The notes under the pieces are model-generated. The model had not been told where the DNA came from. It did no database searches and worked only from the letters and a program-made list of their open reading frames with translations. A stretch of 40,708 bases of DNA from an uncultured Candidatus Saccharibacteria bacterium (GTDB taxonomy: Bacteria > Patescibacteriota > Minisyncoccia > Phycocordibacterales > UBA918). The stretch covers positions 1 through 40,708 of the forward strand of contig CAYGTV010000006.1 in NCBI GenBank assembly GCA_964353135.1, in the 5' to 3' direction. Positions 32,305-40,184 of the stretch are shown in pieces (the first letter of the stretch is position 1; every line of letters begins with the position of its first letter). The position numbers were made by a program, and so were the translations under genes.

Positions 32305-32955
32305 GTGACAAAACCAGTTGAACCACACCAAATCAATCTCAATCACCAGAAACAAATCGAGGCGGCGCTCATCAAAAGCGCGATCATCGAGAGGTGGGCA
32401 ATTGCCCGGAGAAACATTGGTATTGGAGCAACGGTCTGTGGCATGTTGCTATTTACCATTTGGGCATTTATGTATGCCTCTGTGTTGCCGAGTCCTATAT
32501 TCGTTGCTATCGTTGGGCTAACGTTTTTTGTCTTTACAATCGCCATTGGTGTTGTGCTGATACTGCACCAACAATCATACCTGGCCAGGCGCGCAACTCT
32601 GGAGGACTCGCTTCGTTCTGACACTATCGGAGCCGTGAACGACGCTCTTGGACAATTGCTGCGGGACACTGTCGGCGATTTGTCAGAACATGAAGAAACA
32701 ATCACTTACGGTGAAAGGATTGTGGCAGGGGTTGAAGTACTCACCGATCGGCGAGCGGGGCTACAGAGACGTATTACTTCACTCTACAGTGAAATGGGTC
32801 TCCAGGAGGCTATTCGCGCCATGGTCACCGAGGCCATGGAACTTAAGCCTGTGAGGCAAAACATCGAGCCAGTCACAAGGTTCATGGAGGTACATTCAGC
32901 ACCCTTGGAACCAATTGATCAGAAACGATCAGAAGCTGTTCACGCAGCAGAATAA
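32305..32955 (+). CDS. 2-TM membrane protein with cytoplasmic helical domain, unknown family
   Basis: 216-aa ORF, GTG start with AGAGG 9 nt upstream. Confidence 0.55.
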   Translation: MTKPVEPHQINLNHQKQIEAALIKSAIIERWAIARRNIGIGATVCGMLLFTIWAFMYASVLPSPIFVAIVGLTFFVFTIAIGVVLILHQQSYLARRATLEDSLRSDTIGAVNDALGQLLRDTVGDLSEHEETITYGERIVAGVEVLTDRRAGLQRRITSLYSEMGLQEAIRAMVTEAMELKPVRQNIEPVTRFMEVHSAPLEPIDQKRSEAVHAAE

Positions 32956-32962
32956 ATGCAGA

Positions 32963-32993
32963 GGGCGGGTCCATACACTAGGATCCGCCCTTT
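32963..32993. terminator. terminator between convergent genes
   Basis: gggcgggtcc / ggatccgccc (one G-U), followed by TTT. Confidence 0.55.
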
Positions 32994-33004
32994 CTCACGT
33001 CAAA

Positions 33005-33481
33005 TTATATGTTCCTTTCTGCTCGTAACTCCATCCAGATCTTTCCTAGGTTATTTTCTCCCTTCCAATCTGCTCCCCTACCCCAAAATTCGTCCTTTGG
33101 TGAATCTTCTACCAACTCGGCGTCACCAGACTCGATGAGCACTTTTTGGATATACGGATGCTGCTCTAGTTTTGCTCGGCAGATTTCTTTCATAATTGGT
33201 AGCTGGTCCTCTTTCCAGGTTGGCCGCGCTTGATTTAAGTATTTTATGGCAAGTTTCAAGGCATCGTGAGCGGAGGAGGCATTATAAATTTCTTCCACAA
33301 TCTGCTTATCGTCAAAGCAAGCTGCCTGAAATGCATGTTCAGAAGTCTGCCAAACTCGATCACGCCACACAACGTTAAATGCAGCAAAGTTCGAAAAACA
33401 ATAGCCAAATTCACCGCCATAAAATAAAACCTGTCCACCGGTTTCTTCTTGGGAATCATTTACACCTTTAGTAATAAACAT
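33005..33481 (-). CDS. NADAR (YbiA/DUF1768) family protein
   Basis: FYGGEFGYCFSNFAAF...WQTSEHAFQA...EDSPKDEFWGRG...GENNLGKIWMELR motifs. Confidence 0.8.
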   Translation of the reverse strand: MFITKGVNDSQEETGGQVLFYGGEFGYCFSNFAAFNVVWRDRVWQTSEHAFQAACFDDKQIVEEIYNASSAHDALKLAIKYLNQARPTWKEDQLPIMKEICRAKLEQHPYIQKVLIESGDAELVEDSPKDEFWGRGADWKGENNLGKIWMELRAERNI

Positions 33482-33497
33482 ATGACTACCAGTATAA

Positions 33498-33527
33498 CAA
33501 AAAGACCGCCGGCATAACCGACGGTCT
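33498..33527 (-). terminator. terminator after rplE
   Basis: agaccgccgg / ccgacggtct (one mismatch), followed by TTTTTG on the minus strand. Confidence 0.55.
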
Positions 33528-33549
33528 TTCTGTTTGTTTCAATGTGAAA

Positions 33550-34104
33550 CTATTTTGCTTCAGCAACTTCTGGCTTCTTCAACGGCATTCCCACATGACG
33601 TAGTAATGCTTCGGCTTCAGCTTTTGTTTTGGCTGTGGTCACGATTGTGATCGACATTCCAAACACGTCACGGATATCTTCATCTGCAGTTTCAGGGAAG
33701 ATTGTGTGTTCCTTGATCCCGAGAGTGTAGTTACCCATTTCGTCGATTGACGTAGCCTTGAGCCCACGGAAGTCACGCGTTTGTGGTAGAGCAACGTGAA
33801 CTAGTTTGTTCATGAAGTCCATCATTCGCTGACCTCGCAGGGTTACCTGGTACCCAACGATGTCCCCTTCTCGAAGCTTGAACGCTGCGATTGATAGACG
33901 CGCTGGTCGTGGTGATGCTTTTTGTCCTGTAATAAGCGCCAATCGATCTTGGATAAGAGCAATCTTTGCTTTGTCTTCTACTCGGCCGGTTCCGACTGAG
34001 ATCACTACCTTTTCGATAGTTGCCGCTTCGTTCACATTCTTGTATCCAAAGTCTCCTTTATGAGTCTCATAGACCGATGCGAGGCGAGTCTGTACTGTTT
34101 CCAT
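33550..34104 (-). CDS. rplE: 50S ribosomal protein L5
   Basis: FGYKNVNEAATIEKVVISVGTG...RDFRGL...GNYTLGIKE. Confidence 0.95.
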   Translation of the reverse strand: METVQTRLASVYETHKGDFGYKNVNEAATIEKVVISVGTGRVEDKAKIALIQDRLALITGQKASPRPARLSIAAFKLREGDIVGYQVTLRGQRMMDFMNKLVHVALPQTRDFRGLKATSIDEMGNYTLGIKEHTIFPETADEDIRDVFGMSITIVTTAKTKAEAEALLRHVGMPLKKPEVAEAK

Positions 34105-34234
34105 ACTCCTTACGATTTATTTTAGTAATTTATCTGGCAAGCCGCAGCACCTATATTCTCCCTTGATAGGTCGAATATAGCTAAGCGGTTGCATAAGAAA
34201 TCTATAGTCGCTTCCGCTCTTTAGATCTTCTTAA

Positions 34235-34534
34235 TTAAATAGTTTTTCCAGACTGACGTGAGATCCGCACTTTTTTGCCGTCTTCCATCTTGTACCCGAC
34301 ACGGATTGCTTTGTCGCCTTCCATAAGAGCTACGTTTGATGCGTCAATTGGCATACTTTTCTCGATAATCTGTCCTGCACTTCCTCGTCGTTTTGCTTTT
34401 TGGTGTCGTTTTGACACGTTAAGCCCTTCGACAGTTACTTGGTTAGTTGCCGTATGAATTGTCAGCACTGAACCAGTTTTTCCTTTGTCTTTACCAGCGA
34501 TCACTTTCACTGTATCTCCTTTTCGAATTTTCAT
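34235..34534 (-). CDS. rplX: 50S ribosomal protein L24
   Basis: MKIRKGDTVKVIAGKDKGKTG; tracked 34636 extension overlaps rplN and is rejected. Confidence 0.95.
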   Translation of the reverse strand: MKIRKGDTVKVIAGKDKGKTGSVLTIHTATNQVTVEGLNVSKRHQKAKRRGSAGQIIEKSMPIDASNVALMEGDKAIRVGYKMEDGKKVRISRQSGKTI

Positions 34535-34556
34535 ATGATAGTTCTTATAGGACCGC

Positions 34557-34928
34557 TTACACCACCTCGGGCGCAAGAGATACAATTTTCTGATAACCAG
34601 CTTCGGCAAGTTCACGTGGGATTGGACCAAACACACGGTTTGCTCGAGGTTCTTTCTTTTCCTTGTCGACTAGCACTACTGCGTTGTCGTCAAACGAAAC
34701 GTATGAACCATCTTTACGTCGGTACGCTTTTCGTTGTCGAACTACTACTCCGTATACTACGTCTTTTTTCTTTACTTGTTTTCGTGGTTCTGCAGTTTGT
34801 ACTGCTAGTACTACCATTTCTCCAAGTTCAGCGTAACGCTTTTTTGATCCGCCAAGTACTTTGAATACTCGTCCCATTTTTGCTCCTGAGTTGTCGGTGA
34901 TTTTCACCATTGTTTGTGGTTGAATCAT
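34557..34928 (-). CDS. rplN: 50S ribosomal protein L14
   Basis: MIQPQTMVKITDNSGAK... Confidence 0.95.
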   Translation of the reverse strand: MIQPQTMVKITDNSGAKMGRVFKVLGGSKKRYAELGEMVVLAVQTAEPRKQVKKKDVVYGVVVRQRKAYRRKDGSYVSFDDNAVVLVDKEKKEPRANRVFGPIPRELAEAGYQKIVSLAPEVV

Positions 34929-34929
34929 A

Positions 34930-35184
34930 TTATTTGTTGGTTACGAGCGTAAAGCTTTTACGTTTCGAGATTGGACGAACTGAAGTAATCTCTACTTTGT
35001 CGCCAACTTTGGCTGTGTTTCCTGCATCGTGCACGAGGAATTTACTCGTTCGCTTGAGGAATTTTTTGTACTTTGGGTGTTTAACGTATCGCTCGACAGC
35101 AACTGTACAAGTATCAACCATTTTGGCTGCTACTACAGTCCCTTTCAGTGTACGACCCTTTGTTGTATTTGTTTCTGTTGTCAT
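34930..35184 (-). CDS. rpsQ: 30S ribosomal protein S17
   Basis: KGTVVAAKMVDTCTVAVERYVKHPKYKK. Confidence 0.95.
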   Translation of the reverse strand: MTTETNTTKGRTLKGTVVAAKMVDTCTVAVERYVKHPKYKKFLKRTSKFLVHDAGNTAKVGDKVEITSVRPISKRKSFTLVTNK

Positions 35185-35187
35185 AAG

Positions 35188-35388
35188 CTATTTTGCTTGT
35201 GGCTTATTTCGACGAGCGTTTAGTTCTGTAAGTGCTCGTGCAACTTCTTTCTTGTTAGAACGAATTACATTAGCATTCTTACTGAACTTGTCTTTGAAAC
35301 GTTCTGTACGAACTGCTTCTCGACTGGCTGTAGTAAGCTCAACGAGTTCTTTGTCAGTTTTCTTCTGGATGTCTTGCATGTTTGTCAT
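35188..35388 (-). CDS. rpmC: 50S ribosomal protein L29
   Basis: 66 aa; position between rplP and rpsQ; LVELTTASREAVRTERF pattern. Confidence 0.9.
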   Translation of the reverse strand: MTNMQDIQKKTDKELVELTTASREAVRTERFKDKFSKNANVIRSNKKEVARALTELNARRNKPQAK

Positions 35389-35399
35389 AATAAATACGA

Positions 35400-35840
35400 T
35401 TACACGCGTGTGTCCTCACGACGCACGAACTTTGTGTTGACTGGTAATTTTGCGGTTGCCTTTCGAAGTGCCTCTCGGGCAATTTCTTCAGACACCCCAT
35501 CGATTTCAAATAGGATTCGACCTGGACGTACTTCAAATACGAAGTGATCTGGATCTCCTTTACCTTTACCCATCGGTACTTCTGCAGCCTTTTTGGTTAC
35601 AGGCCGATCAGGAAAGATTCGGATCCAAGACTTTCCAGCCTTACCCATTGTTCGCGAGATAACTCGACGAGCAGCTTCAATCTGGTTTGATTTGATTCGT
35701 GATCCGTCTAGTGACTTGAGTCCGTATGAACCATACGAAATAGTGATGCCACGAGTATCTGGACGATTTCGTTTAGCTTCACTTTTTCGTTGTGTCTGCC
35801 ACTTTCGGTGTTTTACTTTTTTTGGAAACAACATAAGCAA
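35400..35840 (-). CDS. rplP: 50S ribosomal protein L16
   Basis: KKVKHRKWQ...SNQIEAARR...IRIFPDRPVTKK...MGKGKG. Confidence 0.95.
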   Translation of the reverse strand: MLMLFPKKVKHRKWQTQRKSEAKRNRPDTRGITISYGSYGLKSLDGSRIKSNQIEAARRVISRTMGKAGKSWIRIFPDRPVTKKAAEVPMGKGKGDPDHFVFEVRPGRILFEIDGVSEEIAREALRKATAKLPVNTKFVRREDTRV

Positions 35841-36551
35841 CTAGTTACGTGGGCTGTTAGGTCGGGCAGTTTGGTCTGTTTGACCGACTTTTCGATCTGC
35901 AAACACTTCACCTCGGTAGATCCACACTTTGATACCCAACACACCGTACGGCAAGTTGGCTTCCACTCGAGCAAAATCAATATCTGCTCGAAGTGTTTGT
36001 AGTGGTACTCGACCTTTTTTAATTTCTTCTTTTCGGGCCATATCAGTTCCGCCTAGACGACCTGAAAGGATGATTCGAACTCCTTCAACATCACGGTTTG
36101 CCATGACTTTTTCGGCTGTTTGTTTCATTACCCGACGGAATGTCATCCGCTTTTCAAGACCCTCAGCGATCATTTGTCCCACAATTTGGGCAGATGATTC
36201 TGGTGACCGGACTTCTTCGATATCGATTTTGAGTTCAAGCGCTTCACTCATTTTTTGCTTTCGCAAAAATAGGTCAACGTCTTTCTTGAGCTTTGTGATC
36301 CCCTCTCCACTTCGTCCAATGACGATACCTGGTCGGGCGGTTTTGATAACTAGTCGGATACCCTCGGCACTTCGCTCGATTTCAAGTGCGTCTACTGACA
36401 TACCCTTGAGGCGAGTTTTAAGCATTTTTCGCAAAGCTGCGTCTACCCGTAGGTATTCTCGGAACTTTGCCGGAGAAGTAGTGAACCATCGGCTTTTCCA
36501 GCCTCGGTTGATACCAATCCGTTGAATGTATGGATGAGCTACGTGTGTCAT
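35841..36551 (-). CDS. rpsC: 30S ribosomal protein S3
   Basis: HPYIQRIGINRGWKSRWF...KH domain...GRLGG. Confidence 0.95.
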   Translation of the reverse strand: MTHVAHPYIQRIGINRGWKSRWFTTSPAKFREYLRVDAALRKMLKTRLKGMSVDALEIERSAEGIRLVIKTARPGIVIGRSGEGITKLKKDVDLFLRKQKMSEALELKIDIEEVRSPESSAQIVGQMIAEGLEKRMTFRRVMKQTAEKVMANRDVEGVRIILSGRLGGTDMARKEEIKKGRVPLQTLRADIDFARVEANLPYGVLGIKVWIYRGEVFADRKVGQTDQTARPNSPRN

Positions 36552-36556
36552 ACCAA

Positions 36557-36883
36557 TTATTTTTTAGTGCCAAGCTCCACAAGGATATGGCTATTACGTT
36601 TGTTAATTCGAGACGCAGAACCTCGAGCTCGAGGCATCATTCGTTTATACGTTACCCCCTTGTTTACTGAAACAGTTTTAACAATCAGGTTTTCAGTATC
36701 TTGTCCTTGGTCTTTTGCGTTAGCAACAGCAGACTTGATAACTTTTGCAAATGGTTCAGATGCTCGTTTATCTACAAATTGTAGAGTTGTCAGTGCTTCA
36801 GATACTTTTTTACCTCGCACTAGGTCAGCCACAAGGCGAACCTTACGTGGTGACTGGCGATAGTTTTTTAGAAATGCTTTCAT
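36557..36883 (-). CDS. rplV: 50S ribosomal protein L22
   Basis: RQSPRKVRLVADLVRGKKVSEAL. Confidence 0.95.
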   Translation of the reverse strand: MKAFLKNYRQSPRKVRLVADLVRGKKVSEALTTLQFVDKRASEPFAKVIKSAVANAKDQGQDTENLIVKTVSVNKGVTYKRMMPRARGSASRINKRNSHILVELGTKK

Positions 36884-36897
36884 AATATGTAAGTACC

Positions 36898-37227
36898 TTA
36901 GCCGTTAGACTTAGCAGCTTTTGCAGCTGCAATTTCAGCTTCTTTCTTCTTCTGCTCAAGTTCTTTCTGCATCTTACCTCCGTGTCGATGGAACTTCTTA
37001 GTTGGTGAAAATTCTCCAAACTTGTGTCCCACCATTTCTTCGGCGATAAGTACTTCGATGTGCTCTCGTCCGTTGTGAATACCGAACGTGAATCCTACCA
37101 TTTCTGGAGAGATAACAGATCCTCGCTTCCAGATCTTGATTACTCCAGTTTCACCTGGTTTTTTCCCAGCGACCTTTTTTAGGATACGTTCATCCACATT
37201 AGGCCCTTTATATAGGGATCGTGACAT
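36898..37227 (-). CDS. rpsS: 30S ribosomal protein S19 with Lys/Ala-rich C-terminal tail
   Basis: MSRSLYKGP...IKIWKRGS...GHKFGEFSPTKKF. Confidence 0.95.
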   Translation of the reverse strand: MSRSLYKGPNVDERILKKVAGKKPGETGVIKIWKRGSVISPEMVGFTFGIHNGREHIEVLIAEEMVGHKFGEFSPTKKFHRHGGKMQKELEQKKKEAEIAAAKAAKSNG

Positions 37228-37481
37228 ATTTATTTTTTATTGTTGGGTAAATACCGCGTGTAGTTAGTGTATGCATGCTAGATATGGCATGTATCACCGT
37301 CAGTGGCGGCTTGCAAGTGTGTCTATATAGCAAGAAAGTAACGGCTTTCTCTACCAACACAACTTACGACTTCGTTCTTTGCTGGTGCCAAGTACCGGTA
37401 GGTAGTTGGACGTGAGGTTGGAACTGCATAAACATACCAAATAAAGACATAAAGTCAATTGATTGTGCTACTCTTGGAGCA

Positions 37482-38060
37482 ATGATCACTCCTTCTCACA
37501 TGATTTATAGCTGGGCGATTGCCAAAGCTATCAAAGCTGCGCCTGATAAGCGGCGGACTCTGGCATTTGTAGCGGGTGGACTAGCGCCAGATCTACCGAC
37601 CTATGCCTTTTTCTTTGTAAACACCTTCCTACTTGGTACATCACAACAGCTGATGTGGGACACACTGTATTTTGATTCTGCCTGGACACCGGTTATTACC
37701 CTCTCTCATTCACTGTTGATTTGGCCAGTAGTGCTACTGTTTGCAACAATGACCAAGTGCACACTGCTGCGTTTTTTCTCTATCTCAGTTTTGTTGCATA
37801 TCAGCCTCGATTTTATGACACACCATGACGATGCGTACCGGCATTTTTGGCCACTGAGTGATTGGAAATTCTTGAGCCCTCTCTCCTACTACGATCCGCA
37901 GTACTACGGAAACTGGGTCAGTGCAATCGATACCATCGTAGTAATCGGGCTACTGATGTGGCTAACTACGGTGTATCCAAGCAAAAAAGCAAGAATTGGA
38001 ATTGTTGCAGTAATTACTTTGTACGTTGCGACTGTAATTGCATCTTATTTAATCTGGTAA
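37482..38060 (+). CDS. polytopic membrane protein, possibly metal-dependent hydrolase-like (DUF457/YdjM-like)
   Basis: 192 aa; His-rich motifs HSLL and HISLDFMTHHDDAYRHFWP; by-eye family guess. Confidence 0.4.
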   Translation: MITPSHMIYSWAIAKAIKAAPDKRRTLAFVAGGLAPDLPTYAFFFVNTFLLGTSQQLMWDTLYFDSAWTPVITLSHSLLIWPVVLLFATMTKCTLLRFFSISVLLHISLDFMTHHDDAYRHFWPLSDWKFLSPLSYYDPQYYGNWVSAIDTIVVIGLLMWLTTVYPSKKARIGIVAVITLYVATVIASYLIW

Positions 38061-38066
38061 TCCTGT

Positions 38067-38381
38067 ATGGCAAAACCACGCGGAAGAGAGCACACAACCC
38101 TCACTGAAACTGCCTCACAGGTGGTAAAAGAGTTATACAAAATCCCCGGCATCAAAATGATCGCCCCAGGTGAAATCAGTACAGGGTCAAAGCGCGGAGG
38201 AAAACGATTTGTCACTGTCGTGAAAACAACCAGTGGTTGCGAGCTGATCATTACCGGACAAAGCGTGCAAAAGGTCGCCGTACATACAGACAATGTAGAT
38301 GCCATTATTCCAGCACTGAAACAAACGAAAACACTGCAAGAATTCTCATTCAAGCAGCGTGATCGTAAACCTGGAGTCTGA
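38067..38381 (+). CDS. hypothetical protein (104 aa)
   Basis: ORF 6 nt downstream of the previous gene; no family recognised. Confidence 0.5.
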   Translation: MAKPRGREHTTLTETASQVVKELYKIPGIKMIAPGEISTGSKRGGKRFVTVVKTTSGCELIITGQSVQKVAVHTDNVDAIIPALKQTKTLQEFSFKQRDRKPGV

Positions 38382-38384
38382 ATC

Positions 38385-38645
38385 CTAATCTAATTGTCTT
38401 TCAATTTCGTAAGCTTTTTCTTGAACCGTTCTTGAGTCCAAGTCCTCTAATCCTAATTCACTCAATTCAGCGGCCAATTCCTTGATCGCAGAATCAAGTT
38501 GCGGGTTGGGTCCCGGTACTGGATCTCTTGATAAAAGTACAACTTTTTTTGCCAACTCAACGGCCTGAACAGAAACCTCTACTGTTTCATTTGAATTTGG
38601 TACTGCTTCTGCCTTTCCCCACTTCTCCCGAATATTTTGAAACAT
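38385..38645 (-). CDS. hypothetical acidic helical protein (86 aa)
   Basis: ORF starting 9 nt after the stop of the 478-aa gene, same strand. Confidence 0.45.
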   Translation of the reverse strand: MFQNIREKWGKAEAVPNSNETVEVSVQAVELAKKVVLLSRDPVPGPNPQLDSAIKELAAELSELGLEDLDSRTVQEKAYEIERQLD

Positions 38646-38654
38646 ATCTGTAAA

Positions 38655-40091
38655 TTATAGTTCATCTAGAGCCTCCTCAATTAGATCTTCTGCTTCTTTC
38701 GCTAGATCTTCTGCCTCTTCCCAGTCTTCGTCATCTAGTGCATCTTCGGCATCATTGAGTAGGTCCTTAGCTTCATCAAGCAAATCTCGAGCATCTTCTG
38801 CTCCACGATCATCATCGTCTTCGGCGTCGTCTACTTCGTCGTCAGCATCCTTGTACTCTTCCCAGGCATCATCAACCGCGTCACGCGCGTCGTCTTCGTC
38901 TTCGTCTGATCCGCCGATTGAATCAATTGCTTGGTCAATTAGTTTTTCGGCTTTACTTGCAAGCGATGAGGCATCTTCCCAGTCTTGGTCATCGAGAGCT
39001 GCTTCTGCTCGCTTGATTTCGCGCTCTGCGTCATTGAGAAAGTCCTCAGCCTCATCAACGTCTTTCCCATCTTCGTCTGCTTCATCGATCTCTTCTTCAG
39101 CTTTTTTATACTCATCTTTGGCGTCTTCTACATCTCGGTCAGCGTCCTTTTCAGTCACAACATCGATTTCGTCTTTAGCGTCCTCGAGTATTTCTTCGGC
39201 ATCTAGAGCATCACTTTTAGCCTGGCGGTATATACCGGCATCAAATGCATCCTCGGCATCATTTAGTAGATCTTTGGCGTCATCGAGCATGTCTTCTGCA
39301 TCACCAATGTCAGCATTTTGATCATCTGCCTCGTCGATAAGCTCTTGTACATCTTCGTATAGATCCCACACATCATCTAAAACGTCCTCGGTTTCACTTT
39401 TTTCTGATTCTCCGCCGGCGTCCTCTAGCACATCTGTCGCATCATCAAGCGCTTCTTCTCCAATTTCAATTGCTTCATCAAAATCACCATTAAAGAATGC
39501 TAGCAGTGCCTCAAATAGATCAGCCCGCACGTCACTCAAATCATCTTCCAGTTCTGCCCGGTCTTCCTCATCATTTTCATCTTCAACTTGTTCTTCAGCA
39601 TCAATTACCATGGAAACTGCATCTTCTAGGATGCGAGCTGCTTGATCTGACTCTTCGCTACCAGCTTCCACTGACACACCTGCCACAACTGGAGCTGGCA
39701 TAGCTACTGGCTCTACCACCTCTGCAGCCAGTGTTTGCTGTTGTGCTTCTAGTTTTGCGACCACATCTAGCAGGTAGGCGGCTTGTGAGCCGGGCCCAAA
39801 CACTCCGTTTGCTCCTGGCACGTTACGAGCTTCTTGCCATCGCAGCACGGCCGCCTCAGTCAACCCACCGTACATAGTAGTTTCGTTTCCAGCCGAACCT
39901 ACCCCACTCTCTGCAACGGCAAACCCAGCTGTGTTTAGGAACATTTGCAGACAACGAACGTCTTCCCCATTATCACCTATACTTAGCGTGCGGCTAAATG
40001 CACATTCATTATTTGCTGAGGCTATAACCGGAGTTATTACTAGTACTACTGCTGCAAAAATAAATGTTCGAAATGAAATTGATTGAGTCAT
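38655..40091 (-). CDS. secreted peptidoglycan-binding-domain protein with hyper-acidic helical repeats
   Basis: Signal peptide; PG_binding_1-like LSIGDNGEDVRCLQMFLN...GGLTEAAVLRWQ; C-terminal ~330 aa dominated by Asp/Glu with repeated (D/E)AKDLLNDAEDA(L/F)D..DWE(E/D)A units. Confidence 0.7.
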   Translation of the reverse strand: MTQSISFRTFIFAAVVLVITPVIASANNECAFSRTLSIGDNGEDVRCLQMFLNTAGFAVAESGVGSAGNETTMYGGLTEAAVLRWQEARNVPGANGVFGPGSQAAYLLDVVAKLEAQQQTLAAEVVEPVAMPAPVVAGVSVEAGSEESDQAARILEDAVSMVIDAEEQVEDENDEEDRAELEDDLSDVRADLFEALLAFFNGDFDEAIEIGEEALDDATDVLEDAGGESEKSETEDVLDDVWDLYEDVQELIDEADDQNADIGDAEDMLDDAKDLLNDAEDAFDAGIYRQAKSDALDAEEILEDAKDEIDVVTEKDADRDVEDAKDEYKKAEEEIDEADEDGKDVDEAEDFLNDAEREIKRAEAALDDQDWEDASSLASKAEKLIDQAIDSIGGSDEDEDDARDAVDDAWEEYKDADDEVDDAEDDDDRGAEDARDLLDEAKDLLNDAEDALDDEDWEEAEDLAKEAEDLIEEALDEL

Positions 40092-40131
40092 GATTAAAAT
40101 ACCTAATATCTAATATGGATACAGTATAACA

Positions 40132-40169
40132 GACAAAACAAAACCACCCGAGTGGTGGTTTGTTTTGTT
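40132..40169 (-). terminator. rho-independent terminator after the SH3 gene
   Basis: Long A/C-rich vs G/T-rich stem around ccacc-cgagt-ggtgg, followed by a T-rich tract on the minus strand. Confidence 0.6.
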
Positions 40170-40184
40170 AGTAGTTGTTATTAG

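Noticed and set aside
33005-33481. DarT-NADAR toxin-antitoxin module
   Set aside because: No ART-fold or DarT-like ORF is adjacent on either strand. The neighbours are rplE and a 2-TM protein.
26981-39321. Long antisense ORFs inside conserved genes (26981..27445, 34910..35440, 35929..36525 and 38755..39321 on the plus strand)
   Set aside because: They lie opposite well-supported ribosomal-protein or acidic-repeat genes. They have Ser/Arg/Pro-rich low-complexity translations and no start-site signals, which is typical of shadow ORFs.
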